Assembly (NCBI GenBank): GCA_050950825.1
Contig: JBMNIH010000002.1
Span: 64,001-128,000 of the forward strand
Length of the DNA: 64,000 nucleotides
Reading direction: 5' to 3'
Source of the DNA: Clostridia bacterium
GTDB lineage: Bacteria > Bacillota > Clostridia > JAAYHZ01
The notes beneath the pieces are model-generated. The model was not told where the DNA came from, did not search any database, and worked only from the letters and a program-made list of their open reading frames with translations. Shown here in pieces: positions 55,601 through 64,000 of this stretch (within the stretch, counting starts at the first letter, position 1; every line of letters starts with the position of its first letter). The translations under genes were made by a program, and so were the position numbers.

Positions 55601-58073
55601 GTATCCAGATTTGGGACACCGGATACAAGGACCGGATCAAGTTGTCGGCGATTTTAAACCGAGACAAGCAGGACATTCCCTTCTTTTTAGAAAGCCAAGG
55701 GAGCAGCTGCCAGTCTCCTCGAATCCAGCGGTGTTCCCGTTTAAAAAAGGCGATAGGAGTTGTGGGAAAACCGTCCATTAACATGATGTCGCCGGCATAA
55801 GCGGCTCGTAAATAGCAGCTTTCCAAAAGGTCGTGGCTTAAGATGGCGTTTTCCGGCAGCTTTTTGCCCAAAACGGTGTGGAATGCATCCACGTCGTAAA
55901 TCCCTTTGCCGGTAAATATCCCTTCTTCAAAATAGTCTTGGTACAAATCATAGGTTTGGGAGGAATAGCAGTCAATCCCCGTAAGCCCGGCAAACAACTT
56001 GGAAAACCGTGTTGCCAGCGCATTTTCCATCCTCACTCCTACCTTAGGCTGAATAATCCCGTAGCCGTCAATGACTCTCGACCGGCTCTCGTCCACCACC
56101 GCTTTGTTAAGGGGATGGGCAATGATACCGCATAACTCATGGGCGGTGCCTTTGTTCAATTCCGTATCCGCATCAACGGTAATTACGTACTTTATGCTTT
56201 GTAACAGCTCCTCGTCGTATTCATGAGGAAAGAAGGTCGTGTCCTTGCTTCCCCTTAACAGAGCATTGAACTCTTCCAGCTTTCCTCTTTTTCTTTCGTA
56301 TCCCATCCAACAATGTTGCTTGGGATTGTACAAGCGTTTACGAAAAAAAACCATAAAACGATTCTCAATGCCGCTTTTATCTTTAAAATACGCTTTTATT
56401 TCGGGAGAATCCGACACTTCTTGTATACATTTTTTAGCATACTCCATCAACTCCCGGTCGTATGGAGCGGTTTCTTCTTTATAATCTTTAAAATCCGCCA
56501 AGACCGCCATATACAAGTTTTTGTCCCGATTGGCCAGCCAATATATTTTAAGTTTTTCAATATACTCCTTCATTTTTTCCTTCGAATCGGTGATAACCGG
56601 AATAACGGCAACGGTTCTGCTTTCATCCGGTATGCCGAATCGATAGTCCAATTGAGGCAGGATTCCCTGCTTTGACATTTTTCCGATGGAATCGTTCACA
56701 AGGGATTTCGAAATTTGATACCCCAAAGGAAACCCGGTGACCACAAGCAAAAGGGTCTTCCATGAAAACACGGGGTAACCGAATAAATATCTCGTAAAGA
56801 ACCCTGTTAAAATTAAACCGAACAAAACCACCGACAAAGCATAGAAGGCAAACCTGCTTTTTAAGTTGCCCTTGTAGGTATCGGAGATTATTTGGTTAAA
56901 GTTTCGATTGATCAAGTAGTAGCCGATATAGACGCTTTTATCCTCCTTACCGGGTTTCGAATCGGCTGCTTTCACCCGCTCCTTGCATCGTGCCACAATT
57001 TTGCTTGCAATGTCCCATTCCTTCAGTCCGGTTTTGCGTGCAATTTCTTCAATTTTTTTATGGTAGGCCACCTTCGTTTTAAAATTGCATCGGTTGTATA
57101 CGCCGGTAGGGTCATTGGCCAATACGGATTCTACCTTGCTCAGCTGCAAGTAAATGTCTTCCCATAAAAGCGAAGAAATATCGTTTAAGCCCATAATCAA
57201 GGAAGTGATACGGACCTGCAAGTGGGCCTGCTCGGAGGTTTCGGAGGAAATCACGTCGTTGACGTTTTCTTCTTTCAGGTAAAGGCGTTCGATAATTTCT
57301 TTGATTTGATTCGTCTCTTCCGAATCCATTTCCTGACACCGATAAAAGATATGGCTTAAGTATTTCTTTGTGTCCTCCGGACTCTTGCTCAGTTTTTTTA
57401 TTAAATAGCCTTCGATATTGCTGCTTTCCATAGCTTCTTTCAATATCCGGTCGGCTTTTTTCTTTTGACGAATGATTTTAACGGTTTTTTCCGCTAAAGC
57501 CGTGATATGCTCCAGCATACAAAGCTTTAAAATCAAAGGCATAAGCCAGATTTCGGAACCTAAAAGCGGATCTTTCTCTTGAAACCGGTTAATGGCTTGC
57601 ACCAATTGGATGTCATTCACATGAAAAGAATGACTGTTCAATATACGATTCGCCAAATGATAGATTCGAGCCACACGCCGCCCGTTGGCATAGTAAGGCA
57701 GCTTGCGGATCGTTTTGCGATGGATGCTTCTGCTGATATTGCTTTGCTCCCGATTGATGACGTAATAATTGTCTACCAGCCAATTAACGGCGGGAATCAA
57801 ATCCGCATATCCGTCCCGAGATTTGTATATGATACGCACCAACTTTTTTAATTTAGCAGTATAGTGTATACGAAGCTTAATATCCCAATAAGAGTAATCG
57901 GAACCTTTGTAATATGTCTTTTGCTCTTTTTGCAAATCCGGACGATCTTCGTTTTCTCCGGTAAAGCTTTCATACTTATGCCGATACTCGTGCTTAATTT
58001 CGTAAAGATAACGCTGAAATAACCCGTAAACAAAAAAGACGAGTATCAGGACTGCTGCTAAAATAGGTACCAT
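49656..58073 (-). CDS. ndvB: Cyclic beta-1,2-glucan synthase (Cgs/NdvB: GT84 + cyclisation domain + GH94 phosphorylase)
   Basis: About 2800 aa; ERKRGK, DADT, GKGIYD, LSHDLLE, RWIRGDWQ; SWSGTMFEY, WGISES; SGGAYGFRDQLQD, GDWNDGMN, ENGGQYTH; SD AAGGAG before ATG 58073. Confidence 0.9.
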   Translation of the reverse strand: MVPILAAVLILVFFVYGLFQRYLYEIKHEYRHKYESFTGENEDRPDLQKEQKTYYKGSDYSYWDIKLRIHYTAKLKKLVRIIYKSRDGYADLIPAVNWLVDNYYVINREQSNISRSIHRKTIRKLPYYANGRRVARIYHLANRILNSHSFHVNDIQLVQAINRFQEKDPLLGSEIWLMPLILKLCMLEHITALAEKTVKIIRQKKKADRILKEAMESSNIEGYLIKKLSKSPEDTKKYLSHIFYRCQEMDSEETNQIKEIIERLYLKEENVNDVISSETSEQAHLQVRITSLIMGLNDISSLLWEDIYLQLSKVESVLANDPTGVYNRCNFKTKVAYHKKIEEIARKTGLKEWDIASKIVARCKERVKAADSKPGKEDKSVYIGYYLINRNFNQIISDTYKGNLKSRFAFYALSVVLFGLILTGFFTRYLFGYPVFSWKTLLLVVTGFPLGYQISKSLVNDSIGKMSKQGILPQLDYRFGIPDESRTVAVIPVITDSKEKMKEYIEKLKIYWLANRDKNLYMAVLADFKDYKEETAPYDRELMEYAKKCIQEVSDSPEIKAYFKDKSGIENRFMVFFRKRLYNPKQHCWMGYERKRGKLEEFNALLRGSKDTTFFPHEYDEELLQSIKYVITVDADTELNKGTAHELCGIIAHPLNKAVVDESRSRVIDGYGIIQPKVGVRMENALATRFSKLFAGLTGIDCYSSQTYDLYQDYFEEGIFTGKGIYDVDAFHTVLGKKLPENAILSHDLLESCYLRAAYAGDIMLMDGFPTTPIAFFKREHRWIRGDWQLLPWLSKKKGMSCLSRFKIADNLIRSLYPVSQIWILLFCIFTEVPVLKMLFVIFAGDLILLTKDILVFLWVKIRTATVGIFVSNFYETLGKSLSKLFFNFLFLPLKAHIAVDAVLRTLFRLYISKRNLLEWQTAEACESLGESETAKYVVKMIPSIGIGLFLMLYPIVIMKSEPVFKSVLGVFLVLSPFITAAIGRKIEDKEELPLHIREDIRFVARKVWGYFEYFMIKNPNRPVPDNCQIIPTFMQANRTSPTNLGFQLLSGICALDMGFIGVHGFLEITENLVDIMTDMEKWNGHLFNWYDTVKNKVLPPGYVSTADSGNLAACLIVAIEALKELPQRKWDQKDILDAVHMTKKLADFKENAFDEDADLVSLLDCVLKDRNRQGKSAEWTSIFYVMCERFQRDVKTLLKDGTISITHANEEDKEALLKRIDTLTEKCRALLYQMDFSKLYDSKKHLFHIGYNSTTGEYDRTHYDLLASEARLASYLAIARNQVPLKHWFKLGRPFTVIRRKATLLSWSGTMFEYLLPSIFLKQIKGSMMDVTCRKVIEKQIEYCLSKNVPWGISESGYYKFDKKLNYQYRAFGVPGIGLRSDIKKSLVIAPYACFIAMPFAVYRAYDNMHRLREYGGEDMLGFYEAMDFMEPAKNMKPECKLIKSYMIHHQGMTLAAFNNLLNDFITVKRFNRNDETKSVDLILEERSPSGLIVKDDPVIVQKPYKEEAAKPVKADYRRIGICNPKYPVCHVISNNGYTVMLTSTGEGFSKYGDKMINRWKSDSIGQPQGIFIYIRLHNENKMWSTSYMPVCLTPDRYSVEFHPDRAEFLREDFNIETKTEITVSPKHNVEIRKVSIINRRKEKADMDATLYFEPVLDLMANDNAHPAFSKMFLSTEYVRDKNVLLVRRRPRQGDEKERYAFLTCITDGRQSHSVEYETDRYQFLGRHGSLRSPNAMKSDLPLSNNAGNRLDTVMAERVHLSIPPGKKAVVFFIIGVADSAKEATAIAELYQNSNYCDDIFNVARVDSEVEMKYLGLDKHKVNQYLNLVGSLYYPSRLLRGPVDVLKQNVLGQKSFWKYGISGDHPIILVKIYNEKDLPTVKEMVSCYEYFNKNGIDSDLVILTDESSGYHSNLSNRIRDILADVKVFYPGSVNKGIHILSTSEVEKDFVTLVTSVARIVIDSKSGFNLKKTRRILYEDSIVKKEVIRTQKTEFVNEELPMENLKYYNGIGGFSYDGNEYVIHLRNRETTPLPWINVIANKIFGFTVTESGGGYTWFKNSRENKLSAWRNDPVTDMPSEIVYVYDMSSGRLCSPTALPVRDDEEYRIRHGYGYTTFLHNTAGLSMTMNLFADKNDPVKIYWLNIRNNTDATRSVVLYFYVDLVLGVDREVSAPYILTEMDIKNNIFYAKNSYTEDFKNHIAFIGCSETVDSWTGDKTEFIGKSGSLRSPISAYGVNLSCNVGAGYIPCGVISVNCTLQANSDKHIAFMFGQSDDYAKIIEMCSRYSDIANVAACFDEVKRHNMEFLNRVRVNTPDDSFNTIMNGHLMYQNLVCRMYARSAYYQSGGAYGFRDQLQDTLSLLYFDPSITREQIIRCCMHQFTEGDVLHWWHDEDGRGVRTKISDDLLWLPYVLSYYIKVTGDTSILKEKVYYIQSDLLGEKEHESYKIPEVSSVCEDVYMHCKRAIEKGYTKGERGIALMGGGDWNDGMNRVGIRGKGESVWLTWFLITVMREFIPIAIRTGDCDYAEELLKRIEEYKDAINRECWDGNWFVRAYCDDGSVIGSKNNSECMIDSISQSWAVISDGTDSERKHKAMESVAKYLVDKKERLVKLLTPPFERFEPNPGYIRGYFPGIRENGGQYTHGAVWNIVAYTKLGKGDEAYELFNLINPVNHTGDYWSMMKYKTEPYAVAADVYSSPEYSGRGGWSWYTGSAGWLYQAGLNYILGIRIEDGHIVVEPCVPRNWKTYSVYMEVKDSKFFITVQNPYGVCQGPIEIMVDGMKYKEGRVPVDLPGNMHSILVTILRQ

Positions 58074-58199
58074 TTGCGACTCCTTTTCGTTCTTTGATCC
58101 ATAGAATAATAATGACCGCCTTTTTGAAAATAAAGGCAGCATACAATATCATGTCCGAATCGAACGAAAAGTATACGTAAAGCCGCTATTTCTATAACG

Positions 58200-59126
58200 T
58201 TACATTCCCGTAAAGTACTGAATAATCGCCGCGATAATCGGGATGGTGGCGATGGAAAAGATCGTAGAAAAAGCTACGTTTTTCGATGCGGTTAAAATGT
58301 TTTTATCGAACTTTTCCGCAAACAACACCGTATTGGCTGCAACCGGCATACCGGATAAAATCGTGCACACGGCCGTTACGGTAGAGGGAAGCTTTAGCAA
58401 TAGAGCAGCGAAAAGAATGATGCAAGGCATGACAAGAAGGCGCAAAAAAGAAACAATGTACGTATCCGTTCCCTTGAATACCTCTTTTAAAGGTGTTCCT
58501 GCAATGGTAGAGCCGATCATGATCATCGACAGCGTAATGGTGATTCCCCCTGTGGTTTCCAAGGCTTCTGCAACCTGAGAAGGAAACTTGATTTGAAATA
58601 TAAAGGTCAGCATGCCCAAGAAAATGGCGATGATGCTGGGGTTTTTCAATACGGCGATAAGGGATTTAAAGCTTTTCTTCCCTGTAAAAAGCATCAAACC
58701 GTACGTCCACAAAAGGACATTAAAGTGGATGATGAAAATGGAGGTTAAAAAGATTCCTTCTTTTCCCAAAAAACTGCCGATTACGGGAAAGCCCATAAAT
58801 GCGCAGTTGGAGAATATTAATGAGAATTGAAAAATGGCTCTTTGTTCGGGCTTGCACTTCCTTGATACGATAAAGGCAAATACGATCATGATAAAATAAA
58901 CCAAAAGTCCGAAAAGAAAGGTTTGCCATGCCATTTTGACACGATCGGATGTCAATTCGATTTGGTAAGACGATAGTATTAAAACCGGAATCGTGACATA
59001 GATCAGCAAGTCGGTAAAAACCTTATTGGACTTCTCATTGATTACCTTTGCTTTTCGGGCGATATACCCGATGATCATAATAAAAAGGAGTACCATGACC
59101 CTGTCGAATACCGTATTGATCGTCAT
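58200..59126 (-). CDS. AEC family transporter
   Basis: About 10 TM; FSNCAFMGFP, LKNPSIIA, GMPVAAN. Confidence 0.9.
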   Translation of the reverse strand: MTINTVFDRVMVLLFIMIIGYIARKAKVINEKSNKVFTDLLIYVTIPVLILSSYQIELTSDRVKMAWQTFLFGLLVYFIMIVFAFIVSRKCKPEQRAIFQFSLIFSNCAFMGFPVIGSFLGKEGIFLTSIFIIHFNVLLWTYGLMLFTGKKSFKSLIAVLKNPSIIAIFLGMLTFIFQIKFPSQVAEALETTGGITITLSMIMIGSTIAGTPLKEVFKGTDTYIVSFLRLLVMPCIILFAALLLKLPSTVTAVCTILSGMPVAANTVLFAEKFDKNILTASKNVAFSTIFSIATIPIIAAIIQYFTGM

Positions 59127-59273
59127 TTTTTCGTTTTCCTCTCTCTTTTGTCAATATAAATATATCGAATTATATCATACAACGGCATGCAAAGAAAAAA
59201 GAATAGAGCGAATTCTCGCTTTTGATGATATAATAGGTGTTATCGTTTGACTAAAAGAAAACGGAGTACACAT

Positions 59274-60221
59274 ATGGCGAATATTATCTTTACCGTTAAT
59301 TGCGTTTTACCTGTATTTCTTGTTATTTTAATCGGATATTTTTTAAAGAGGTTCGGATTAATGAAGCAATCCTTTGCCGACAATGCATCCGATCTTGTAT
59401 TCTGGCTCTTCTTACCTGCCATGATATTCAGGCAAATATCCGCGGTGGACCCGAGCACCCTTCAAGGATTTGAGAAAACGGCTCTTGTAGGTGGATTGAG
59501 CGTAACGGTTCACTTTCTTTTGCTCACTGTCATATTCAATAAAGTCATCAAAGATCCTCTTTCAAGAGGCGCTTTCATACAAGGATCCTTTCGCTGCAAT
59601 TACGCTTTAATCGGCGTTCCTCTGGCCATCAATTTGTTCGGCTCGGAGGGTGCCGTCAAAAGCGCCGTAATGTTAGCGGTGACAATGCCTTTTTTTAATA
59701 TTTATGCGGTAATCACCTTGTCTCTTAATTCCGGCAACGGAGAAAAAATCAGCATTCCCAAAATGCTTTTAAAAATATTAAAAAATCCCTATATCATCGC
59801 CATCATTTTAGGCTTGATATTTTCCTTTTTCACCATCCCGGTTCCCGAAGTCATCGGAAAGACCTTGGACTATATGGCAAGCACGGCTACGCCGTTGGCA
59901 TTGTTGACCATCGGAGCCTTCTTAAACGTTTCGGATGTCAAGAACAACATAAAGCTTGCTCTATCGGCTTCTTTGATAAAAACGGTGGCGATTCCCTTGA
60001 TATGTCTTCCTTTGGTTCTTTTGGCCGGGTTCAGGGGTACGGATTTGGGCGTTTTGTTTATCCTCTATACCGCCCCGGCTTCCGTTACCAGCTTTATTAT
60101 GGCGAAAGGAATGAAATCCGATGCTTCTTTAGCGGCCAATATCATTGTTATATCCACGGCTCTTTCCTGCTTTACGGTATTTATCGGCGTGCTGCTTTTA
60201 AAAAACTTCGGATTCATCTAG
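59274..60221 (+). CDS. AEC family transporter
   Basis: About 10 TM; SFRCNYALIGVP, LKNPYIIA, TPLALL. Confidence 0.9.
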   Translation: MANIIFTVNCVLPVFLVILIGYFLKRFGLMKQSFADNASDLVFWLFLPAMIFRQISAVDPSTLQGFEKTALVGGLSVTVHFLLLTVIFNKVIKDPLSRGAFIQGSFRCNYALIGVPLAINLFGSEGAVKSAVMLAVTMPFFNIYAVITLSLNSGNGEKISIPKMLLKILKNPYIIAIILGLIFSFFTIPVPEVIGKTLDYMASTATPLALLTIGAFLNVSDVKNNIKLALSASLIKTVAIPLICLPLVLLAGFRGTDLGVLFILYTAPASVTSFIMAKGMKSDASLAANIIVISTALSCFTVFIGVLLLKNFGFI

Positions 60222-60305
60222 AGAAGAACCGGAACGATTTGCATATTTTTGATAAAATACATAAAGTATTCAAGGAAAACGATTCCGTGAAGAAGGTTTT
60301 CATAC

Positions 60306-61073
60306 ATGACAGACAATAGCCAAAAAAATCGTCCAAATAAAAAGAACGGACAAATCAAATTGGGAGCCCGATTTTATATTCTCCTCGGCATCCTTGTCCT
60401 TTTTATCGGACTTCTTTTCATAATTCCCGATGTTCGCGCCTTCATCGAACGTTTGTGGCATGTCATGAAGAATCCGGATGATCTGCAGCAGTACATTCGC
60501 GAAGAAGGAAAATGGGCGCCCCTTGTATTTATTTTCGTTCAGATCCTCCAAGTGATTATCGCACCGATCCCGGGCAACGTAACAACCCTTGTCGGAGGGC
60601 TTTTGTTCGGCTATACCTTAGGATTTATATACGGAGCAACCGGCTTAATCATAGGATCCTCCTTGGCTTTCGGGCTGGCCCGATACTACGGAAAACCGGT
60701 CATTATCCGCTTTGCCGGTATGGAGCGATATGAAAAATACAGCCGGCTTTTTACAAAGAAGGGCCGCGTTCTTTTGTTCATGCTGTTTTTAATGCCCTTT
60801 TTCCCGGATGATATTCTTTGCTTAATCGCCGGCGTCTCTTCCATGACCTATTGGAATTTTTTGCTTTTTGTCATTTTCGGCCGCTTGCCCGGAGTATTTG
60901 TTACGGTATTCATCGGAAGTGGAAGCTTAAAGCTGCCGGTTTTTGCTTGGGTGTTGCTCGGTTTGGGAACCGGCGTTGTCCTCTATTTTTCCGCTCGCTA
61001 CGGAGAAAAAATCGAAGACTTTCTTTTAACCAAGCTTAAAAAACTGTCTAAAAGCGATTTAAAAGGAGATTAA
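60306..61073 (+). CDS. TVP38/TMEM64 (DedA/VTT domain) membrane protein
   Basis: QVIIAPIPG, GGLLFG, PFFPDDILCLIAG, GRLPG. Confidence 0.9.
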   Translation: MTDNSQKNRPNKKNGQIKLGARFYILLGILVLFIGLLFIIPDVRAFIERLWHVMKNPDDLQQYIREEGKWAPLVFIFVQILQVIIAPIPGNVTTLVGGLLFGYTLGFIYGATGLIIGSSLAFGLARYYGKPVIIRFAGMERYEKYSRLFTKKGRVLLFMLFLMPFFPDDILCLIAGVSSMTYWNFLLFVIFGRLPGVFVTVFIGSGSLKLPVFAWVLLGLGTGVVLYFSARYGEKIEDFLLTKLKKLSKSDLKGD

Positions 61074-64000
61074 CCTCATAATCGACACGGCATAGATATA
61101 GACATTGTTTACTTTTTCGCCGGTGATTCTTTCCAACGCTTTTTTATATAAAGAAAGCTGTACTCCGTACCTTTCCAAGAAGGTTTCCGTAACATTTTCA
61201 AAAATTCGGTCCGTTTTGTAATCCACAACGGTGATTCCTTCTTCGTCTTTGTACCACAAATCGATAATTCCCTGCATCAGGATGGGAGGCATTCCTTCGC
61301 AGGAATCGCACAAGGCTTCTCCTTTAAAGGCGTAGTATTCCGCAGGGTCCAACAGCAAGTAAAAAGGCATTTCACGGCGGTATTCTTTTGCATCCAACCA
61401 CCTTCTTCCGGGCCGTGTGAAGAAAAAGTCGGCTAGCCTCCTGCTGTTTATTACGCTTGCTTGATCCTCACGAATAATCTTTTTCGAAACCATGTCGCGA
61501 ATCAAGTCGTCAATTGTTTCCGTAATTTTTTCACGGCTTCGGTCATTTTTGAACTTTTCGATATCGATATGCTGGTAGATATAGTGAACCGTATTCCCAT
61601 AGTCCAAGTACCGATTGTCCTCGCTTAGGAAAGAAGGTTCTTTAAAAGCGGGATCCTCGCGGACCAAAGGAGTATCCTCGTCGGAAGACTCCTCGTTTCC
61701 CATTCTTTTCAGTTCGGTAACCGTTATTTTCGCCGGAATTTTGGCATAGTCTTGGTAAGGGTATTCCCAATCCAACAAGCTTTTCACGTTTTTCATTACC
61801 GAGGGATCCGGTTCAGGCCATGCCGTTTCTTCCGCCGTTTCCTCTTCCTCCGGATCCGGTACCGAAGGCTCTATGATCTTCATTATGAAATCGGAAAATT
61901 CGTAGCTTATACGGTCTTCCGTTATTTGATAGCGAGGGTTTTTCCATACCCCGTACAAGATCCATTCCAAAAAGCTTTTTCCGTGAGCCAAAAAGGATTG
62001 AGGTACCCGCCGGATATTTAAAAGCTCCAATAAGCGGCATTTTTCGATTACGCCATCGATATCCTTGCTGCATCCTACAAAAAACAGCTTGTTTTTCGCC
62101 CTTGTCGCCGCCACGTACAAAATCCTCATTTCTTCCGCCAAGGATTCTTCTTTATGCTTAATTAAAAGCGCTTCTTTCTGCAGGGTCGTGCAGGTAAATC
62201 TCAGCACGGGATCTACGTAATCCGCTCCGATGCCGTACTTATGGTGTATAACGGCCAAAGAGGATTTTGTTCTGAGATTGAACCCTTTGCCGCATCCGGC
62301 TACAAACACAACCGGAAACTCCAAGCCTTTGCTCTTATGAATGGACATGACACGGACCACGTTTTCGTTTTCCCCTAAGGTAACCGTTCCGGGAGAATCG
62401 GCTTCACTTAAAACCGCTTTATCGATATACCGTAGGAATTGGTAAACGCCGCTCCACCCCAACTTTTTAACACCTTTGGCTTTTTCATACAAAAGCTTTA
62501 AATTGCCGTTTCGTTGAAGTCCCTCCGGCAACGCCGTCACGTAATCCAAATAACCGGTTTCCACATACAAATGCCATAGCAATTCGTCTACCGGAATTTC
62601 TCCCGCCAATTCTCTCCATTTTTTTAACCGCTCCAAAAAGCTTCTCGTCTTCTTTGCCAACAGAGGGTCATAGAGATTTTTTGGTATTTCCTCATGCGAT
62701 TTTTCTCCGTAGCTTTTTAATGCGCTGTAGACGGTATTTTCTCGATCCGTCAAACGGATCTTCGCAACTTCCTCTTCTGTAAAATCGCCGATAGGCGATA
62801 ACAAAACGGCGGTTAAGTATATATCCTGCAAAGGATTGTCAATGATGCGAAGAAGCGCCAATGCGGTATTGACTTCAACGGTGTCATAGTATCCTCCCCC
62901 CACATCGCAATAGGCGGGTATGCCGCATTTGTTTAGCTCCGCCGTAAAAGGCTCCGCCCAATTGGTTTTTACCCTTGTCAATACGGCGAAGTCCTTGTAT
63001 TCGACTTTCCTGTACTCGTTTTTCTTTGCATCGAAAATCTCATAGCCGGATCCCGTCATTTCTTTAATGATTTTGGAAATGACATGTGCTTCCGGTATAC
63101 AGTTTTGCGGTTTTTCTTCGTCTTTATATATTTCATCCAAACGGCTTGTATCAACAACGATGATTTCCGTTTTTTCATCGTCTTTGACGGGTTCGGTTCT
63201 ATCCGATTTCGGAATCAATTTTTCTTCTTCGGTATAGTCGATTTCGAACATTCCACCCGTCATGATCCTTTCAAAGATACGATTGACCGCGTCAATGATA
63301 CAATTTTCGCTTCGGAAGTTTTTGTACAGCTTAATCAAAATACCGGGTTTTTTCGTTTTCGTATCTTCCGAATAGGTTGCAAACTTTTCCAAAAACAACA
63401 AGGGTACCGATTGTCGGAATCGGTATATACTTTGTTTTACGTCTCCCACCATAAAAATGTTGCTTGAGTTCTTGGATACGGCCGTCAAAATGGCTTCCTG
63501 GACATAATTGCTGTCTTGGTATTCGTCAATTAAAATCTCTTCAAAGGTTTCCGAATACTCCCTTGCAATCGGAGACGGCTTCATTCCTTCCGGTGTTTCT
63601 TCATACAAAACCTTTAATGCCATATGCTCAAGGTCGGAAAAATCCAAAAGCCTTCTTTTTTTCTTCTCTTCCGAAAAGGCTTCCTCCAGCAAACGCACCG
63701 TCCGACATAAAGTCTTTAATACGGGGTATTGCTTGTTCATGACCTCTCGTATTTGCTCGTTGCTCCAAGAAAGGTATTTTTCCGTAAGAAGAGCAATCGT
63801 GTCTTTCGCATTTTGTCGAACTCTCTTCACCTGCTCTCGTATCTCTTCGTCGTATTCTCCCTTTATGCGTTTTAGCGTTTTGAAAGATATTTCGCTCGAA
63901 AGATGCAAAAGGTCGTCCCAACACCCGATACCCTTCAAAGCTCCGGCCAGCTGCTCGATGATGCCCGATATCTGTTGTGCATCCGATTTCAACGTTTCCG
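61059..64000 (-). CDS. addA: ATP-dependent helicase/nuclease AddA, 5'-truncated by window edge
   Basis: LIDEYQD, MVGDVKQSIYRFR, NFRS, MSIHKSKGLEFP, YVAATRA, nuclease GIID..VDYKT..QL..Y. Confidence 0.95.
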   Translation of the reverse strand, partial: ETLKSDAQQISGIIEQLAGALKGIGCWDDLLHLSSEISFKTLKRIKGEYDEEIREQVKRVRQNAKDTIALLTEKYLSWSNEQIREVMNKQYPVLKTLCRTVRLLEEAFSEEKKKRRLLDFSDLEHMALKVLYEETPEGMKPSPIAREYSETFEEILIDEYQDSNYVQEAILTAVSKNSSNIFMVGDVKQSIYRFRQSVPLLFLEKFATYSEDTKTKKPGILIKLYKNFRSENCIIDAVNRIFERIMTGGMFEIDYTEEEKLIPKSDRTEPVKDDEKTEIIVVDTSRLDEIYKDEEKPQNCIPEAHVISKIIKEMTGSGYEIFDAKKNEYRKVEYKDFAVLTRVKTNWAEPFTAELNKCGIPAYCDVGGGYYDTVEVNTALALLRIIDNPLQDIYLTAVLLSPIGDFTEEEVAKIRLTDRENTVYSALKSYGEKSHEEIPKNLYDPLLAKKTRSFLERLKKWRELAGEIPVDELLWHLYVETGYLDYVTALPEGLQRNGNLKLLYEKAKGVKKLGWSGVYQFLRYIDKAVLSEADSPGTVTLGENENVVRVMSIHKSKGLEFPVVFVAGCGKGFNLRTKSSLAVIHHKYGIGADYVDPVLRFTCTTLQKEALLIKHKEESLAEEMRILYVAATRAKNKLFFVGCSKDIDGVIEKCRLLELLNIRRVPQSFLAHGKSFLEWILYGVWKNPRYQITEDRISYEFSDFIMKIIEPSVPDPEEEETAEETAWPEPDPSVMKNVKSLLDWEYPYQDYAKIPAKITVTELKRMGNEESSDEDTPLVREDPAFKEPSFLSEDNRYLDYGNTVHYIYQHIDIEKFKNDRSREKITETIDDLIRDMVSKKIIREDQASVINSRRLADFFFTRPGRRWLDAKEYRREMPFYLLLDPAEYYAFKGEALCDSCEGMPPILMQGIIDLWYKDEEGITVVDYKTDRIFENVTETFLERYGVQLSLYKKALERITGEKVNNVYIYAVSIMRLISF

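Overview
A 64-kb chromosomal window from a spore-forming, low-GC Clostridia-type bacterium; its GC-rich rRNA suggests a thermophile (inference). It contains one minus-strand rRNA operon (16S-tRNA-Ile-23S-5S), the L20-leader/infC-rpmI-rplT operon and sporulation genes (SASP, D-Ala-D-Ala carboxypeptidase, DUF421/DUF4363, a collagen-like spore protein plus glycosyltransferase). Metabolic and repair genes include aroK, citrate synthase, pntAA-pntAB-pntB, aspartokinase, a full-length cyclic beta-1,2-glucan synthase and partial addA, plus many orphan catabolic enzymes. The only mobile element is a class IIC group II intron inserted behind a terminator. The most unusual signals are: (1) an MscS channel fused in-frame to a C-terminal ParB/sulfiredoxin-like domain; (2) three perfect tandem duplications (12, 24, 34 bp) in the intron ORF, one frameshifting the maturase tail; (3) a divergent cluster of an AAC(3)-like acetyltransferase, two fold-mates with altered metal ligands and a UROD-like enzyme; (4) features missing from the ORF track: a >600-aa secreted protein at the left edge, a 57-aa small gene, a frameshifted zinc-ribbon gene and a multi-stem RNA after the SASP gene. 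All calls come from reading motifs by eye; no database searches were run.
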